Positions 5,447-8,910 of a stretch of 8,910 nucleotides of DNA are shown piece after piece. The notes below the pieces were generated by a model. That model was not told the origin of the DNA. It saw only the letters and a list, made by a program, of their open reading frames with translations, and ran no database searches. The DNA lies in the NCBI RefSeq assembly GCF_044324785.1, contig NZ_CP172131.1. The stretch is one strand, 5' to 3'. Origin of the DNA: Escherichia coli (GTDB taxonomy: Bacteria; Pseudomonadota; Gammaproteobacteria; Enterobacterales; Enterobacteriaceae). The translations under genes and the position numbers were made by a program. Every line of letters begins with the position of its first letter. Position 1 is the stretch's first letter.

Positions 5447-7008
5447 ATACCCAACACATCATTTATAGTATTAAGTTTATTCTTGTCAATAAAGGCACAT
5501 AGAATGCCTGTAACAATAGCAATCCCCCAGATACCTAATGTAGTTCCAGCAAGCACACTAAAAAGTAAAACAACAATATAACTAACTCCAGCATCTACAG
5601 TTTTCTTCTCTAATGTAAGAAATAGTGGCTTCCAGTCACCTGTATCCTTAATTTTTAGGATATCAGATACCACATCATATCCAAAAGAAACATGTCCCGT
5701 AATCTTCAAGTACTTAGCAAACTGATCTAAATGCTTAGCCCAGTCTTCATACTTAACCGATTCCAGTGCATTGAAAATCGCATCACGGTCTGCTTTGCTG
5801 AATTTCTTATTTAAAACATCCTTGTATTTTTCAAAAGCAGCTAGAGCTTCATTCACATTGCTGATTTTCTTACCTTTAGACTTATCAGCAAGTTCCTGTG
5901 CCATTTTTGAATATTTTTCACCATATTTTTCAGATAGCGTTTGATAAAAGCTAACTGTTGCATCCACAGCATCCTTAATCTGCGAGTTCAGGAGATTAGT
6001 CTGCGCTGTTTTCAAATTTTCTTCAGATTCATGAACACGTAAAACAGCTGTATTACGATTATTATTAGCCTGAGACATAGCCCCCTGAATTCCATTTATC
6101 TCAGCATTAAGTTGGTTAATACGCGTTTCTGATGCTGTTACCTGTTTTTGTTTTTCCTCCATAATCTTACCGGCTCCCGTCCGTCGACTGGTGGCATAGA
6201 AAAAAGGACGACTCTGAAGCGGATCATTAGCTCTTGGTGACAATTTTTTGACCAGTTCATCAAGTTCCTTATATTTAGCAGATGCCTGAGCCAGCTCATT
6301 TCGTTTTCCGGACAGCGTATTCATTTCTGCATCACGGGCATGAATACTGGAGCTTAAACGGGTATTGAGAGTCTTAATCTCTTCATCCACTTTCGCCAGC
6401 TCAGATTGTGCAGCAGCAAGATTTTTTTGTGCCACCTCCACTGCCCGGGCCTCTTCATTCAATGCTGCCAGCCGTTTCTCTTCAGCTTCAGCCAGTTTCA
6501 ACTGGCGTTCTGTTTCAGCCTGCTCCTTCTCTATCTCTTTACGTCGTTGTTCTGCCTCCTGAAAAGCCTTTTCCGCAGCTTCCGCTTCTTTACGGGCTTT
6601 TTCTTCTGCTTTTGCAAGGCGCAACCGCTCTGCTTCTGCCTGCATCGCTGCATTATTGGCATGAGCCAGGTCAATAACCTCCGGATGAGTGGAATTATGA
6701 CGAAGCGCCTCATTCACAATATCCTTCAGATGTTGAGTCAGCGCATCCCGGTTTGCTTTTGCTTTAGCCTGTGCTTCTGCGGCAGCTTTTGCCCGGGCAG
6801 CCTGTTCTGCCTGCGTTTTCTTCAATTGAGCAGTAGACCATTTAGCTGTGGCATGAATGGCTGCAGAACTTTCACTTTTGCTACCTCCAGTTCCACCACC
6901 GCCGCCAGAGCCACTCCCGTCTGGATTACCATTCAAAAGAGTAATGATTACCTGCCCCTTATCATCATAAGGAACACCATCTTTATAGTACGCTACAGCT
7001 GTTTCCAT
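5443..7008 (-). CDS. cea: Colicin E1 (pore-forming colicin), 521 aa
   Basis: N-terminus [39 protein letters not shown] (Gly-rich translocation domain), a long Ala/Glu/Lys-rich coiled-coil central region, and a C-terminal channel domain with the hydrophobic hairpin [33 protein letters not shown]; SD gagg 8 nt upstream. Confidence 0.95.
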   Translation of the reverse strand: METAVAYYKDGVPYDDKGQVIITLLNGNPDGSGSGGGGGTGGSKSESSAAIHATAKWSTAQLKKTQAEQAARAKAAAEAQAKAKANRDALTQHLKDIVNEALRHNSTHPEVIDLAHANNAAMQAEAERLRLAKAEEKARKEAEAAEKAFQEAEQRRKEIEKEQAETERQLKLAEAEEKRLAALNEEARAVEVAQKNLAAAQSELAKVDEEIKTLNTRLSSSIHARDAEMNTLSGKRNELAQASAKYKELDELVKKLSPRANDPLQSRPFFYATSRRTGAGKIMEEKQKQVTASETRINQLNAEINGIQGAMSQANNNRNTAVLRVHESEENLKTAQTNLLNSQIKDAVDATVSFYQTLSEKYGEKYSKMAQELADKSKGKKISNVNEALAAFEKYKDVLNKKFSKADRDAIFNALESVKYEDWAKHLDQFAKYLKITGHVSFGYDVVSDILKIKDTGDWKPLFLTLEKKTVDAGVSYIVVLLFSVLAGTTLGIWGIAIVTGILCAFIDKNKLNTINDVLGI

Positions 7009-7055
7009 TATAAAATCCTCTTTGACATTAAAAACAAATAGTTAAAAGCAATATA

Positions 7056-7086
7056 CTGTATATATAACCACTGGTTTTATATACAG
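7056..7086. promoter_or_regulatory. Two overlapping LexA (SOS) boxes between the cea promoter and start codon
   Basis: On the - strand the sequence reads CTGTATATAAAACCAG followed by TGGTTATATATACAG: the first is a perfect CTG-N10-CAG box and the second overlaps it by one base, the standard colicin dual-box layout. Confidence 0.85.
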
Positions 7087-7090
7087 CTTA

Positions 7091-7119
7091 AAATTACGCC
7101 GCTGCATTTTCCCTGTCAA
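7091..7119 (-). promoter_or_regulatory. cea (colicin) promoter: -35 TTGACA (complement of 7114-7119), 17-bp spacer, -10 TAATTT (complement of 7091-7096)
   Basis: Consensus -35 with a 17-bp spacer, immediately upstream of the LexA boxes and about 85 bp upstream of the cea ATG. Confidence 0.75.
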
Positions 7120-7138
7120 CCCTGTGGATTTTCATTTT

Positions 7139-7154
7139 TGTGAAAACGATCAAA
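7139..7154. promoter_or_regulatory. Putative cAMP-CRP site (tgtga-aaacga-tcaaa) in class I position upstream of the cea promoter
   Basis: 9 of 10 match to TGTGA-N6-TCACA; centred about 62 bp upstream of the inferred transcription start; consistent with the known catabolite sensitivity of colicin E1 synthesis. Confidence 0.5.
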
Positions 7155-7267
7155 AAAACAGCCACCCACACCACGTGCTATTCCCACCCGATGCCACAAA
7201 AACCAGCACAAACATTACCGTTCTCCGGCCCCAGTATGTTTTACTGAAACCATGATATGAGACATTA

Positions 7268-7705
7268 ATGGGACACTGTCACTTCATGGCATGGCACACA
7301 CTCCAGAACGCACTGAAAATGACAGGCAGATCGCGTTCACAGTTTTACCGTGATATGCGCGCAGGCCTTGTCAGTTATCGTACAGGCCAGGACGGACGGC
7401 GGGAGTTTGAAACCAGTGAACTGATCCGGGCATACGGCGAATTAAAGCAGGATGAGACACCAGAAAGGCACAGTGCGGGACAGGCAGAAAATCCACATGA
7501 TCAGCAGACAGAACGCATTCTCCGGGAGCTGAATGAGCTGAGACAATGCCTGACACTGATGCTTGAGGACAAACAGGCACAGGCTACGGAACGCCGGCGC
7601 CAGGAAGCCGAACGGGAACAGCTACATAAAGAGATAGAGCAGCTCAGGCAGGCACTGGAGCAGGAAAAAAAACGGGGATTCTGGGCCAGACTGTTCAGCC
7701 GGTGA
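7268..7705 (+). CDS. Hypothetical protein: N-terminal helix-turn-helix-like segment plus charged coiled-coil C-terminus (145 aa from the first ATG)
   Basis: ORF with an AlpA/MerR-like HTH-looking segment (MTGRSRSQFYRDMRAGLVSY) and an E/R/Q-rich heptad-like C-terminal half. None of the three candidate starts (7268, 7286, 7319) has a good SD, so start and expression are uncertain. Confidence 0.5.
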   Translation: MGHCHFMAWHTLQNALKMTGRSRSQFYRDMRAGLVSYRTGQDGRREFETSELIRAYGELKQDETPERHSAGQAENPHDQQTERILRELNELRQCLTLMLEDKQAQATERRRQEAEREQLHKEIEQLRQALEQEKKRGFWARLFSR

Positions 7706-7788
7706 GCACCGACTGCAAGTGATGATAAGATAGTCAGCGGTTAAATATAAGTCACTGAGTACAAAGATTTAAAGGTAAGGAGACACTC

Positions 7789-8208
7789 ATGAGACGTTCC
7801 GGCGGCACACTGTATCTTATCGCCCTGCTGACAGCGGCAACGGTCCTGACAGCCTGCACGCCAAAGGGCAGTGTGGAACAACATACCCGGCATTACGTTT
7901 ATGCATCAGACGATGGTTTTGATCCTAACTTTTCCACCCAGAAGGCCGACACAACACGAATGATGGTGCCTTTTTTCCGGCAGTTCTGGGATATGGGAGC
8001 AAAGGATAAAGCGACAGGAAAATCACGGAGTGATGTGCAGCAACGCATTCAGCAGTTTCACAGCCAGGAATTTTTAAACTCACTCCGGGGCACAACTCAA
8101 TTTGCGGGTACTGATTACCGCAGCAAAGACCTTACCCCGAAAAAATCCAGGCTGCTGGCTGAGACGATTTCTGCGGTTTATCTCGATGGCTACGAGGGAA
8201 GACAGTAA
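7789..8208 (+). CDS. Predicted lipoprotein, 139 aa, function unknown (candidate entry-exclusion-type protein)
   Basis: Strong SD (taaggag, 6-nt spacing) and a signal peptide with lipobox (MRRSGGTLYLIALLTAATVLTAC, Thr at +2). The stop lies 5 bp before the cer core. Confidence 0.7.
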   Translation: MRRSGGTLYLIALLTAATVLTACTPKGSVEQHTRHYVYASDDGFDPNFSTQKADTTRMMVPFFRQFWDMGAKDKATGKSRSDVQQRIQQFHSQEFLNSLRGTTQFAGTDYRSKDLTPKKSRLLAETISAVYLDGYEGRQ

Positions 8209-8212
8209 GTGG

Positions 8213-8242
8213 ATTTACCATAATCCCTTAATTGTACGCACC
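8213..8242 (-). other. cer-type XerC/XerD core recombination site for plasmid multimer resolution
   Basis: atttaccataatcccttaattgtacgcacc is the exact reverse complement of the ColE1 cer core as I recall it: GGTGCGTACAA (XerC arm), TTAAGGGA (8-bp spacer), TTATGGTAAAT (XerD arm). Confidence 0.85.
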
Positions 8243-8420
8243 GCTGAAATGCATTCAGCGCAATCACGGCAGCAGACAGGTAAAAATCGCAACAACCCCC
8301 CCGAAAAACTACCGCGATCGCGCCTGATAAATTTTAACCTTATGCATACCTATGCATCCAGGTGAATCACAAGCGAATTTCCTTACTGAGACGACTGAAA
8401 CGGTTTTTTTTCACAATTTT
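8243..8420 (-). other. Inferred cer accessory region (ArgR/PepA-binding sequences; expected location of the Pcer promoter for Rcd)
   Basis: In cer the roughly 180-bp accessory sequences flank the XerC arm, which here faces higher coordinates. A near-palindrome gctgaa-atgca-ttcagc (8243-8259) abuts the XerC arm. The extent is inferred, not seen; Rcd would run on the - strand through the core. Confidence 0.45.
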
Positions 8421-8679
8421 CAGCTGTTTTCGATTCCACAAAATAGAAGTTACAGGATAGGGATTAATCCCCTTCGCCGCCAAGGGGAGCAGGATGAGTC
8501 AGGGGAATGTCTATTCACCTGCGCTGTACAGGCTGCCAGGTAAAAGTATTCGCTGCGGCACGATACTCTTTTGCCCTCATAGCCTTTGCGCTTCTTACTT
8601 TTCGTTCTTCCAGAATCATTCTTAAGACATTTTCCCGCACTTTTCTCTAACTTCCCGTGGCAATTTATCTCTGCCGGAC

Positions 8680-8910
8680 TGAACCGCCCCGGAAATCCTG
8701 GAGACTAAACTTCCTGAGAAAGATGTAAACAGGATGACTAAAAATACTCGTTTTTCCCCCGAAGTCCGTCAACGGGCAGTTCGTATGGTTCTGGAAAGCC
8801 AGGGCGAATATGACTCACAATGGGCGGCAATTTGTTCCATTGCTCCAAAGATTGGCTGTACGCCAGAGACCCTGCGTGTCTGGGTTCGCCAGCATGAGCG
8901 GGATACCGGG
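8680..8910 (+). mobile_element. Left end of an IS3-family insertion sequence resembling IS629 (partial; continues past the window)
   Basis: Terminal sequence tgaaccgccccggaaatcctggagactaaacttcctgagaaag starting at 8680 with the 5'-TG typical of IS3-family ends, followed 54 bp later by the orfA start. Confidence 0.8.
8734..8910 (+). CDS. IS3-family transposase OrfA (HTH N-terminal part), truncated by the window end
   Basis: Translation [59 protein letters not shown] is open to the last base; it matches IS629-group OrfA N-termini as recalled. Confidence 0.8.
   Translation, partial: MTKNTRFSPEVRQRAVRMVLESQGEYDSQWAAICSIAPKIGCTPETLRVWVRQHERDTG

Noticed and set aside
6365-7041. ORFs 6365..6562 (+), 6406..7041 (+), 6408..6677 (+) and 6531..6713 (-) overlapping cea
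   Set aside because: They are shadow frames of the Ala/Glu/Lys-rich coiled-coil region of colicin E1; the repetitive codon usage keeps alternate frames open.
7371-7580. ORF 7371..7580 (-) antisense within the HTH/coiled-coil gene
   Set aside because: No SD, lies wholly antisense to a longer ORF, and has no recognisable protein features.
8102-8543. ORFs 8102..8365 (+) and 8352..8543 (+)
   Set aside because: The first overlaps the lipoprotein gene out of frame and reads straight through the cer core; the second lies in the presumed cer accessory DNA; neither has a convincing start context. A 45-codon ORF at 8494 and a 38-codon minus-strand ORF near 8540-8660 were also seen and left uncalled for lack of support.
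1-8910. CRISPR arrays, tRNA or rRNA genes, integron attC sites, hok/sok-type modules
   Set aside because: No regularly spaced identical direct repeats with unique spacers, no cloverleaf-compatible tRNA-like segments, no rRNA-like conserved blocks, and no Hok-like hydrophobic peptide; the repeats present are irregular palindromes, not a CRISPR-type array.

Overview
The window is dominated by a ColE1-family colicin E1 plasmid backbone, recognisable directly from the translated ORFs and from conserved origin sequence. In order along the + strand it holds: an AT-rich, ORF-poor block dense in hairpins and repeats (1-1770); the mobilisation operon on the - strand (mbeC, mbeA, with mbeB and mbeD nested out of frame inside mbeA); rop; the bom/oriT region; the RNA II/RNA I replication origin; the colicin operon (cea and kil on the - strand, imm convergent on the + strand) with an SOS promoter carrying overlapping LexA boxes and a CRP-like site; two uncharacterised genes (a helix-turn-helix/coiled-coil protein and a lipoprotein); the cer multimer-resolution core; and the left end of an IS3-family element resembling IS629 that runs off the window. 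Most of this is well-described biology. The parts I cannot explain are the 1-1770 block (a recurring CCRGAAACRCG motif forming long inverted repeats and an iteron-like array, five intrinsic-terminator hairpins, no convincing ORFs), the divergent RNA I/RNA II loop sequences, and the two genes between the cea promoter and cer. I see no CRISPR array, tRNA or rRNA, and no clearly novel protein system; the hunt findings are candidates, not demonstrations. All coordinates come from manual indexing and all homology statements from memory of ColE1/pBR322 sequences; no database search was run.
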